Part shown: positions 18,457 to 26,950 of the stretch, in pieces
How positions within the stretch are numbered: the stretch's first letter is position 1
Layout of the letters: every line of letters begins with the position of its first letter
NCBI GenBank assembly: GCA_003193925.1
Contig: PSPG01000006.1
Span: 33,095 to 97,094, forward strand
Source: Candidatus Thalassarchaeum betae
GTDB taxonomy: Archaea > Thermoplasmatota > Poseidoniia > Poseidoniales > Thalassarchaeaceae
Direction: 5' to 3'
Length of the DNA stretch: 64,000 bases
Translations under genes and position numbers: made by a program
The notes under the pieces: generated by a model
What the model saw: the letters and a program-made list of their open reading frames with translations, nothing else
The model's database searches: none
What the model was told of the DNA's origin: nothing

Positions 18457-21078
18457 ATGCCAAATGATACGCCTGAGGCCCAGAAACACGGTTCCGATAC
18501 CACACCGCGAAAAATCCGGAGCATGCATCGCAGGCGCCTCCTGAATCGTCTTACTGAAGGAGGCGGCACGGTCAGCGTCCTCGCACGCGAGGTCGGGCTC
18601 AGGGTCCCACACGCCTCAGCCGAACTAAGACGGATGAGAAACGATGGACTGGTCGCCAGCGACCTGTCTGCAGGAAGCCGTGGTGCAAGGATCCACCTGA
18701 CCGAATCGGGATGGGAGTCGGTGAGGGATGACGAGTTGGCCAGGGCCACCGAGGCCTTGCCTCTGCCGGATGACACCAGCATGTGCTGTCTGCTGGCTCG
18801 TGACGGACCCAACCTCCTGCTGGGTGTTATGGAGCCAACTGACTCCCCATTGCTGCTGATTCCGGACCGCCCTCCGAGCCCCGTCGGCGACGACTCGTCG
18901 TCCACCGGAAGCGATGGGGTACCTTGGAGTTGGGCCGTGCTGAGGGAGAGGAATCCGAGGTGGTTCGACCTCTCCTCAATGGAGGTGAAGCCTGCCCCCC
19001 CTCCCTCCTCTGATCCAGAGAGCATAGCGGCCTACGCAGGTGAACGGACAGTGATCGGGATTATCCGGGCTCGCCTGCTGGACTCGGAGCGACCCGTCGC
19101 AATAGCCCCTGGTCAGTGGTTCGGCACTCCGAGCTTCCGACCGGCGCCACCACTGCCCGAGAGCAGTTATCACAGGGGCCAGTGGGTGCTGGGCGCTTGT
19201 CACGAGCTCTCTCCGCATGTTCGACCCAAGGATCCGATTGCCGCAGTTATGGAGGAGAGACTGCCCCGCACAATGCTGCTGCGGACTGCGAGGGCCAACT
19301 CGCTGGTCATCGCCGACCTCGGCGGCCTCGACGCCGAGGGCGACGCCTATCCACTGTCCGCGCTCGATTTCTGGATTGAGCGGGCCCACCCGCGTCTGAC
19401 CGACGCCGAGCGACGCAAGCGGGTGCAGGCCCTGCGCGACCGAGTCAGCGCGACGCGCAGGGTGCGGACCGACGACTCGACCTGGCGTCGCTTCAGGAGG
19501 GACTGGGGCGAGTCGGTGTTCACCGACGACGAGGACGCCATTAGGATCCTCGACCTGAGGGGCTTGGGCGGCTCATCGGGCGAGGCGCTCGTGCGATGGG
19601 CGCTCAACGACGAGGAGCGCCCCCCGATGGTCCTCGAAGTCAGCGATGACCTGCCTGACGACCTGGTGTCTTCGATCATCTCCCACTCCAATCTGCGGCT
19701 GGCACTCCTCGAGAGGGACACCCCCGCATTCGCATCCCTCGACAGGCTGGTGGCCGACCCACTGAGGCCTCTGCCTTGGCTGCAACTCTCGACTAGGGGA
19801 GGCAGGATCCTGCCCATTCGCCTCATGGACCCGATGCAGACTCCAATGTTCATCGCCTTGGATGACCCTGCCCCGTCCCCATGGGCCTCCCTGGGCATCG
19901 AGCTGGATGAGCCGGCAGAACTGGACGAGGGCCACCTGTCGGTGATCAACTCGGCAATCTCGCAGCACCCGAACGGCAGCGAGGAGTGGGCCAATCAGAT
20001 GGAGGCCAGATACCCGATCGCCGCTTGGATTGCGTCACCCCCACGAACTAGATGGCCGCGGTGGCAGCGACTCCGGGACCGACTGAGTTCCGAATGGCTG
20101 GTCCTCATGGATCTCGACAACCTGCCATTGGAGAGGCTCTCGGAGGTCGCCGAGGAGGCTCCCGACTCGGTACTCGCCGAGTTTTCCAGCAAGTTGACTC
20201 TGAAGTTCAGGGAGGATTCGGAGACTGCCCTTCGAGCCAGACCGGCCACCGATCCCAAGGACGCGTCTCGCGGGGCGGCTTGGGTCGCAACCCAACTACT
20301 GTCAAACGCCCCCTGGCTGCCTGAGCACATGCACGCAGACCTCCTGCGTTGGTCACTCGAGGCATGGCTATCCCACCCTCCCCTGCACTCCCTGCAGGCT
20401 CTCGAGGGAGTCGCGTGGCTCTACTCCTCCGGCAGGAATGACGATGCCAGTTTCCGGCCGATACTCGAGGGGATACGCAGCAGGGGGCGGGAGATGCCGA
20501 AGGGTCACGACCTGAACACATGGGCCAGGCTCGTGGACAGGGTGCTCGAAGGGAGCGAACTCGATTTGGAGGAGTTGGAGAGGACCGCCAGCGTCCTCCC
20601 GACTGGATGGTGGGCACCAATCTCTCCTGAGATTCTAGTCATCCTCTTGAGGGAAGAGGAGTCCACTGACTGGCTCATCTTGAACCCACTTCCCTGGTGC
20701 GCGGCAGTCCTACGCCCCGTCGGTGAGGAGTGCCAGGCCCCCGGGTTGCGTTCCTACACGCACCCCGGATGCGACCCCGAGATCCACTCCTTGCTCATTC
20801 GCAGGCTCCGTGGGAGGCGCGAGCGCGAGGGCCTGCCCGACAGCGCTGCGCCCTTGCTCGACCTGATGGAGGCGCTCGACGCCATCAACGAAGGGAGGGC
20901 CCCCCGTCCAGGCAGGACCCATCCGCTCTCGGGATGGCTGGCTCAGCCTGTCGAGAAGTGGCCCAAGTTCTCCGCCAGCGTCGCATTGGACGGCGATGCT
21001 GAGATCGCCGAGAGACTGCTGCTCCGAAGCTCGGGTTATCACACAGGAATAGTCTCCTCCACTTCGATTTCGGGCTGA
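18457..21078 (+). CDS. Large hypothetical protein with N-terminal winged-HTH
   Basis: TVSVLAREVGL..HASAELRRM..GLV..IHLTESG wHTH, followed by ~780 aa Trp/Pro/Leu-rich unknown region. Confidence 0.75.
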   Translation: MPNDTPEAQKHGSDTTPRKIRSMHRRRLLNRLTEGGGTVSVLAREVGLRVPHASAELRRMRNDGLVASDLSAGSRGARIHLTESGWESVRDDELARATEALPLPDDTSMCCLLARDGPNLLLGVMEPTDSPLLLIPDRPPSPVGDDSSSTGSDGVPWSWAVLRERNPRWFDLSSMEVKPAPPPSSDPESIAAYAGERTVIGIIRARLLDSERPVAIAPGQWFGTPSFRPAPPLPESSYHRGQWVLGACHELSPHVRPKDPIAAVMEERLPRTMLLRTARANSLVIADLGGLDAEGDAYPLSALDFWIERAHPRLTDAERRKRVQALRDRVSATRRVRTDDSTWRRFRRDWGESVFTDDEDAIRILDLRGLGGSSGEALVRWALNDEERPPMVLEVSDDLPDDLVSSIISHSNLRLALLERDTPAFASLDRLVADPLRPLPWLQLSTRGGRILPIRLMDPMQTPMFIALDDPAPSPWASLGIELDEPAELDEGHLSVINSAISQHPNGSEEWANQMEARYPIAAWIASPPRTRWPRWQRLRDRLSSEWLVLMDLDNLPLERLSEVAEEAPDSVLAEFSSKLTLKFREDSETALRARPATDPKDASRGAAWVATQLLSNAPWLPEHMHADLLRWSLEAWLSHPPLHSLQALEGVAWLYSSGRNDDASFRPILEGIRSRGREMPKGHDLNTWARLVDRVLEGSELDLEELERTASVLPTGWWAPISPEILVILLREEESTDWLILNPLPWCAAVLRPVGEECQAPGLRSYTHPGCDPEIHSLLIRRLRGRREREGLPDSAAPLLDLMEALDAINEGRAPRPGRTHPLSGWLAQPVEKWPKFSASVALDGDAEIAERLLLRSSGYHTGIVSSTSISG

Positions 21079-21134
21079 AAGCCCGCAATATACCAACCGA
21101 GGGGTTCTTGACCACCTCCGGTGGCCGATGTACT

Positions 21135-21406
21135 CCCGAGCTGCAACACCGTGGCGACGAAGCCCCCCGCTGGAGGAATAGGATGAATCACGGTACCAAG
21201 TTCGGGTCGCCACTTGTCGAAGACCAGTGTGACCAGCTGCAATGGAATGATCACTGGAGCAAAGCAAGTGGCCGGATTGTGTTAGGTCCCCGGATGACCG
21301 GAAGGAATGAATCAAGGGACTACCCTACAATCCGACAGACGTCCCGGGGTGGGTCAGGCGCCTGAGCCAAGCTGTGAAGGCCGCCGTTACGCCCCGGGGC
21401 ACACAT
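21135..21406 (+). ncRNA. Four-hairpin box H/ACA pseudouridylation guide RNA
   Basis: Four consecutive stem-pocket-stem hairpins, each with an apical K-turn-like motif; ACA at 21335 and 21401; HP4 pocket complementary to recalled 23S helix 69. Confidence 0.85.
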
Positions 21407-21441
21407 TTCAACCCGGAGCAAGAAACGAGGTGGGAATTCGA

Positions 21442-22458
21442 ATGCACAGCGTCGGTCTGATCGGCGGCACATTCGACCGCTTCCATGCCGGCCACCTGTC
21501 CCTGCTCCAAAGCGGCCTCTCGGAATGCTCCTCGCTGGAGGTCTGGCTGACCTCCGATGCGGCAACCGGAACGAAGGATCCGCGCATCAATCCGTGGGAG
21601 ACTCGCGCCGGTGAGATGAGGGAAGCGCTCGGGCAGGATGCAGAAAGGGTCAGCATGCATGTCCTTGAGGACAACCACGGACCAGCTTCGACTCACACCG
21701 ACGCCTCCGCTATCGTCTGCACTGCAGAGACCCGTCCGGAGTGCGAGATAATCAATCGGATGAGGGGCGACAACGGGCTGGACGAACTGGCAATCATTGA
21801 GGCCGAGCACGTCCTCGCTTGGGACGGCGATCCGATTTCGAGCACGAGAATCAGGAACGGCGAGATCGACCGCGAGGGACTGCCTTGGATTCCGGACTCG
21901 GTCAGAGAGGGCAGAATAATACTGACTCCGGAGGTCGAGGCAGAGCTCAAGGAGCCGTTCGGCCTATTGGTGCCGGGCCCAGAGGACGACCCTTCCGTAG
22001 CCATGTCCGAGGTACTTGCCCATACTGAATGGGAGTGGGGCCCGATCATCGCCGTCGGGGATGTGACTGTCCGCGCATTGCAGGACCTCGGCCGTCCAGC
22101 TGACATCGCTCTGGTCGACGGGCGCACTAGGAGGGAGCCTTGGGAGGGCGCCGAGGGGCTCGATCCCTCGGCCTACGATGGGGTGTTGCATTGCGAGAGC
22201 CCCGCTGGCTCCCTCACCCCCTCCTTATTGGAAGCCTGCGAGCACGCCGTGTCCTCTTGGATGGAAAGCCGAGCGACCCATCTCATTGAAGTCGACGGCG
22301 AGGAGGACCTAGCTCCTCTGCTCCTGCATCCTCTCGCCCCGCTTGATTCGGTAGTGCTCTACGGCCAGCCTGGCAAAGGCGTCGTCGTCAGGTGGTGCAG
22401 CGAGGAAGCCAAGCAGCGCTGCCGCAGGCTGCTGAGCGGTTTTAAGCCGGCCGATTGA
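21442..22458 (+). CDS. coaD: Fused phosphopantetheine adenylyltransferase / GTP-dependent dephospho-CoA kinase (DUF359)
   Basis: GGTFDRFHAGH and ISSTRIRNGEID, then LKEPFG, VGDVT, DGEEDL, LYGQPGKG. Confidence 0.9.
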   Translation: MHSVGLIGGTFDRFHAGHLSLLQSGLSECSSLEVWLTSDAATGTKDPRINPWETRAGEMREALGQDAERVSMHVLEDNHGPASTHTDASAIVCTAETRPECEIINRMRGDNGLDELAIIEAEHVLAWDGDPISSTRIRNGEIDREGLPWIPDSVREGRIILTPEVEAELKEPFGLLVPGPEDDPSVAMSEVLAHTEWEWGPIIAVGDVTVRALQDLGRPADIALVDGRTRREPWEGAEGLDPSAYDGVLHCESPAGSLTPSLLEACEHAVSSWMESRATHLIEVDGEEDLAPLLLHPLAPLDSVVLYGQPGKGVVVRWCSEEAKQRCRRLLSGFKPAD

Positions 22459-22459
22459 G

Positions 22460-22999
22460 TCAGGACTCGGCATCGGCCATCGCGTGGATGCCGAAGCCGA
22501 ATGCGACGAACACGATCATCACAGCGTAGACGCCAGGGTCGACCCAGGTGGTGTTCACAGCACTCCAGTACAGGTAGAACGTCACGCCCAGCACGATGAG
22601 CCAGCTGGCCAGAGTCCTGCTCGCGCCTCCCTCGGAAGAGAACAGGCTGGAGACGACTGGACGCTGCGGGATGCCTCGGGCCCAGACCCCGACTCCACCG
22701 TCGACTGCCTTGCCCATGCCCATGCTGCCCAAGGCTAGCAGCGCTATCCCGAGCAGGCCGAAGACCGCATCGTCAAGTACGAAGGACGAACCATCGTGCG
22801 CGATGTATGATAAATCGACGCCGTGGTTACCGCCGATGAATCCGATCCACAGCACCTTGAATCCGGGGGAGTAGGCTCCGGATAACAGATTGACGACGGT
22901 CAGAGCAACGACCCAGACGCCGAGCACTATCGCAGCGCCCGATGCGGTGCCGCTGGGGCGGGTCAGAGCATCGCCCCACTCCGAATCTGCCATGGACAT
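22460..22999 (-). CDS. Hypothetical membrane protein
   Basis: About 4 hydrophobic segments; TTATAC box 29 nt upstream. Confidence 0.7.
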   Translation of the reverse strand: MSMADSEWGDALTRPSGTASGAAIVLGVWVVALTVVNLLSGAYSPGFKVLWIGFIGGNHGVDLSYIAHDGSSFVLDDAVFGLLGIALLALGSMGMGKAVDGGVGVWARGIPQRPVVSSLFSSEGGASRTLASWLIVLGVTFYLYWSAVNTTWVDPGVYAVMIVFVAFGFGIHAMADAES

Positions 23000-23054
23000 C
23001 GGGCCGGCGACCTTCCCTTTCGGTATAACGATTGTCTGAGGGCAGACGAGACTC

Positions 23055-24293
23055 TCAGAGTTGGCCCTGCAGGTTGTACCTGCCTAGAGCCGCCTCGCCG
23101 ATCAGCGGCTCGCTCTCACCCATTGTGCTGATGGCGTCTATCGCCTTGGGGATGGCCGAGTTGACCTGCTTGCTCCTGCCACCTCGGCCCTTGCTCACGT
23201 TCCTAGCCATAATCAGGCCGAGCGTGTCGAGTTCGTTCAGCAGGGAGGAGATTCTCCGGGGGGTCAGAGGCTCGAAGCCGATTTTCATGCACGCGTCCGC
23301 GTAAGTCCGGTAGATCTCGCCAGTCGAGATGTTTCTCAGGCCATTCTCCTCGTTCAACTTGATCGCAAACAGCACTAGCTTCTGATGCAATGGCAGCGTC
23401 TTCAGGACAGGCGTCACCTGGTCGTACTCCAGTTGGCTCTGCGCTAATCTCACATGTCTGGGGTCGACCTTCACCTGGGCCCTCTGCTCCGCCTTCTGAA
23501 CAGAGATGCGCAGAAGGTCGAGCGCCCTACGCGCGTCGCCATGTTCCTGGGCTGCCAAGGCCGCGCACAACTCGAGCACGCCTCCCTCCAACACGTCATC
23601 GCGCAGGCCGGTCTCGACGCGCTCGCTCAGGATGTCCTGTATCTCGGGGGCCCCGTATGGGTGGAAGACGAGGTCCTCCTGACTCAGTCTCGAACTGACC
23701 CTGGGGCCAAGTTGCTGAGTGAAGTTGAGGTCGTTGCTGATGCCGATGATGCAGCATCGGCCATTCCTCAGAACGGTGTTGAGGCTGGTGAGGTTGTACA
23801 GCAGGTCGTCGCCAGCGCGGGCGACAAGATTGTCGATCTCGTCGAGCACGATTATGTGGACTCCACCAGCCCTGTCCATCCTGTAGATCAGTGTCTCGAG
23901 GACCCTGTCGGTGGGCCAGCCAGTGAAGGGGATGGGTGTGTCCCCCCGCCTGGATAGTTGCGATGCGATGGTCTGGACCACGCGATACTTGGTGTCGACG
24001 TTGCGGCAGTTTATCTCGTAAGTCTGGACGGGCTGCCCCATCTCAACTCCCTTGTCGAGGAGTTGTCCGAGCACGAACCTCGTGACCACAGTCTTGCCCG
24101 ATCCGGGCACCCCGTAGAGCAGCATGTTAGAGGGGATGTGGCCGTTTAGGGCATCGACCAAATTTCTAACCAAGGACTCGATCTCGTGGTCGCGGTGGGG
24201 GAGGTTGGAAGGCTCGAAAGCGTGGTCGAAAGCCTTCCTGTCGATGAAGAGACTATCTTGCCCTAGGATTTTCTCGAAAATGTTTCCGTCCAT
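23055..24293 (-). CDS. cdc6: Orc1/Cdc6 replication initiator
   Basis: LPHRD, GVPGSGKT, VLDEID, GDARRALDLL, C-terminal wH domain with GRGGRS. Confidence 0.96.
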   Translation of the reverse strand: MDGNIFEKILGQDSLFIDRKAFDHAFEPSNLPHRDHEIESLVRNLVDALNGHIPSNMLLYGVPGSGKTVVTRFVLGQLLDKGVEMGQPVQTYEINCRNVDTKYRVVQTIASQLSRRGDTPIPFTGWPTDRVLETLIYRMDRAGGVHIIVLDEIDNLVARAGDDLLYNLTSLNTVLRNGRCCIIGISNDLNFTQQLGPRVSSRLSQEDLVFHPYGAPEIQDILSERVETGLRDDVLEGGVLELCAALAAQEHGDARRALDLLRISVQKAEQRAQVKVDPRHVRLAQSQLEYDQVTPVLKTLPLHQKLVLFAIKLNEENGLRNISTGEIYRTYADACMKIGFEPLTPRRISSLLNELDTLGLIMARNVSKGRGGRSKQVNSAIPKAIDAISTMGESEPLIGEAALGRYNLQGQL

Positions 24294-24694
24294 TTTCTTC
24301 CACCACGGGCCAAGGCGCGTCTCCTGCCTCCCATCTTACTCCACAGGAGTAGGTGCCGGCCAACGCGGATTCTCACCGAGGCCGTCAGAGGTAATAAGAC
24401 TGTCCGAGTTAATTCGTCGGCGACTTGAATTCTCTCTCTCTGAGAGGCCCCATATATATGAGTTGCCACCGACGCTACAGCCCTACTTAATTTACACTCA
24501 GTACATCGATTGTGCACATCTTTAAGCAGTGTGAAAAATACATCGTCTGCTTCGTTCCTAACCTCTCCTCGATCTGAATGGATTCACCTCCAATCACAGC
24601 TCGTCGCCACGGTCGGAGAGCCCTTCTGAGACGCCTCGATGCCACGCAATTCCATGGCTATGGTGGTGGCCAATATAAACTAAGATAATTTATC

Positions 24695-25510
24695 TCAAGA
24701 ATTAATATCTAGGGAAAAATTGCCATTCTCGTCGATAATCAGATTATCCCCGTCCTCGAGCTGGTGCACCGAACTTGGAAGTTCTGGCATCGGGAAACCA
24801 CCCTCGATGCCCACACCGCTGGCGTAGTTGTGGGTGACCAACACGAGGGCGTCCGGGTATCTCCGTGCAAACGAGATGACATCCGATGGGGTGTGGTGGT
24901 GAGGGCTCTGAACGAAGTCCGGAATGCCCATTTCGAGCAGGACGGCATCGGCTCTGGCGCTCCTCTGTTCTATTCCCTCGCACGGCCCCGAGTCGCCACA
25001 GTGTAGGAGGCGGAAGCCGCTCGAGTGGACCAACTCGTATCCGTGCGGGTCAGTCTCGGGCGTGTGGCAGACCGGGAACCTCTCATAGCTCCAGTCGGTA
25101 CCAGCCAGTTCTCCCGACTCCGACTCCGACCAGTTCGCCCGCTCATCGAGGGCGGCGTCCAAGCTGCCGGGGAATCCAGTCCTGCACAGCACGTCGAGGA
25201 TGTCTCTGCCCCCAGGCCTCAGATGCACACCGAGGGTTTTGGTGGCATCCGGATCGGAGACGTGCTGCCGCTCGAGCAGGAGAAAGGGGAACCCGAAGGT
25301 ATGGTCGGCGTGCCAGTGAGTGAACAGCAGATGCTCGATGTCGGCCGGGGAGACTCCTGCGCGTCGGAGTTGGACCAACACGGTAGGCGGCGCGTCTACC
25401 AGCACGCTACTATCCAGCAGGGCCAGCGCGTGCATGCGCCCCGGAGGGGAGAATGCGTTGCCGGTGCCGAGGAAGTCAATGCGCGCCACGAACCCCGATG
25501 AGGGCCCCAT
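24695..25510 (-). CDS. MBL-fold hydrolase (RNase Z-like)
   Basis: FLGTG, THWHADH, HCGDSG, HH, THN. Confidence 0.85.
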   Translation of the reverse strand: MGPSSGFVARIDFLGTGNAFSPPGRMHALALLDSSVLVDAPPTVLVQLRRAGVSPADIEHLLFTHWHADHTFGFPFLLLERQHVSDPDATKTLGVHLRPGGRDILDVLCRTGFPGSLDAALDERANWSESESGELAGTDWSYERFPVCHTPETDPHGYELVHSSGFRLLHCGDSGPCEGIEQRSARADAVLLEMGIPDFVQSPHHHTPSDVISFARRYPDALVLVTHNYASGVGIEGGFPMPELPSSVHQLEDGDNLIIDENGNFSLDINS

Positions 25511-25616
25511 GACTTGACCTCATCGCCTGCCTCGTCAGAACGGCGGCTGCCCCCGTTCAGCATTTCTTCATAAACAGGCCGTGTTTCGCAAGGCCCGAAG
25601 ACTTCGAGGCCTCGAT

Positions 25617-26897
25617 ATGCCAGACTGGAGTGTGAAGAATCCATACTCGTCAATACTCAGTGAGAACTTCGTTCTCAACAGCGAGGGATCACGTAAGGAG
25701 ACCCGCCATGTCGTCTTCGACTTGGGCGACTCCGGATTGGAGTACAAGGCCGGCGATGCCATCGCCGTGATTCCGAGATGCCCGCCCGAACTGGTCGATG
25801 AGATACTCTCCATGTGCAACTTCTCAGGGGACGAGAAGGTCGAGACCCACTTGGGGGCATGCAGCCTGCGGGAGGCACTCACAGACCGCTACGAGGTCCA
25901 TCGTGTTTCGAAGAAGTGGATCGGGGGCTTGGGACCACGACTGACCTCTGACACCGGGACGATAGGGATTCGGATCGTCAAGCGACAGCGCGTCTCGTCC
26001 GACGATGGCTCGCTGCTGATGGACTGGGAGGGCAGCGGAGTGGATGAAGACGTTCCCGAGGGGTACGCCGAGATAGGCTTTGCCAGCAATCCGGCCGAAG
26101 ACCTGTGGAACGAACTCACTGGAGACGCCAAGGCGATGGAGGACTACATCTGGTCGCGCGACTACATCGACGTCCTCGGGGACTTCGGCCACATTGGATT
26201 CACCCCGCAGGAATTGGTCGACGGCATGGACCGGATGAAACCACGACTCTACTCGATAGCGAGCAGTCCCGAGCACGAGCCGGGCACCGTGCACCTGACC
26301 GTTGCCACCGTGCGCTACAATCACCACGAGCGCGACCGAACCGGCCTATGTACTGGCTTCCTCGCCGAGCGCTGCGAGGTCGATGACACCGAAATCGGTG
26401 TGTTCATGTCGCCGACCCGCTCGTTCGTTTTGCCCGAGGACGGCTCCATCGACATCATCATGGTCGGCCCGGGCACGGGCATCGCTCCGTTCCGAGCTTT
26501 CCTCCAGCAGCGTGAGTTCGATGGCGCGACCGGGCGCAATTGGCTGTTTTTCGGAGACTGGACCGAGGGGGGCGAATACTACTACCGCAAGGAGATGGAG
26601 GCTTGGAAGGAGAACGGATTGCTCGACAGGCATGACCTAGCGTGGTCCCGCGCTGGTCCGGAGAAGGTCTACGTCCAGCACCTCATGAAGCAGCACGGCG
26701 AGGAGATCTGGAGCTGGCTCAGCGGCGGCGGCTACTTCTACGTCTGCGGCGACAAGAACTACATGGCCAAGGACGTGCATTCCACCCTCATCGAAATCTG
26801 CGCCGAGCACGGCGGCATGTCCGACGAGGAGGCGAAGGAGTTCGTCGAGACCGGCCTGATGAAGACCGAGAAGCGCTACCTGAGGGACGTCTACTGA
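25617..26897 (+). CDS. CysJ/CPR-like FAD-NADPH reductase lacking the flavodoxin domain
   Basis: KETRHV, PRLYSIASS, GPGTGIAPFR, KVYVQH, YVCGD, RYLRDVY; no N-terminal FMN domain. Confidence 0.88.
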   Translation: MPDWSVKNPYSSILSENFVLNSEGSRKETRHVVFDLGDSGLEYKAGDAIAVIPRCPPELVDEILSMCNFSGDEKVETHLGACSLREALTDRYEVHRVSKKWIGGLGPRLTSDTGTIGIRIVKRQRVSSDDGSLLMDWEGSGVDEDVPEGYAEIGFASNPAEDLWNELTGDAKAMEDYIWSRDYIDVLGDFGHIGFTPQELVDGMDRMKPRLYSIASSPEHEPGTVHLTVATVRYNHHERDRTGLCTGFLAERCEVDDTEIGVFMSPTRSFVLPEDGSIDIIMVGPGTGIAPFRAFLQQREFDGATGRNWLFFGDWTEGGEYYYRKEMEAWKENGLLDRHDLAWSRAGPEKVYVQHLMKQHGEEIWSWLSGGGYFYVCGDKNYMAKDVHSTLIEICAEHGGMSDEEAKEFVETGLMKTEKRYLRDVY

Positions 26898-26950
26898 CCC
26901 CGCCTCTGGCTCCGCATGACTCATACGACGCGCACGCAGGGGGCTTCACC

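Noticed and set aside
21039-21365. Small ORFs 21039-21254(-) and 21108-21365(+)
   Set aside because: No protein-like features; they overlap the structured RNA.
21079-21440. SRP RNA or RNase P RNA
   Set aside because: The CC-GGAA-GG loop lacks the SRP helix-8 CAGG/AGCA internal loop and no RNase P P4 motifs are present; the H/ACA architecture fits much better.
25581-26897. Assimilatory sulfite reductase call
   Set aside because: No flavodoxin domain and no hemoprotein subunit in the window.
26642-26950. N-terminal extension of biotin carboxylase in the ORF track
   Set aside because: Overlaps the reductase gene; the true start is MFRRVLIANRGE at 26951.
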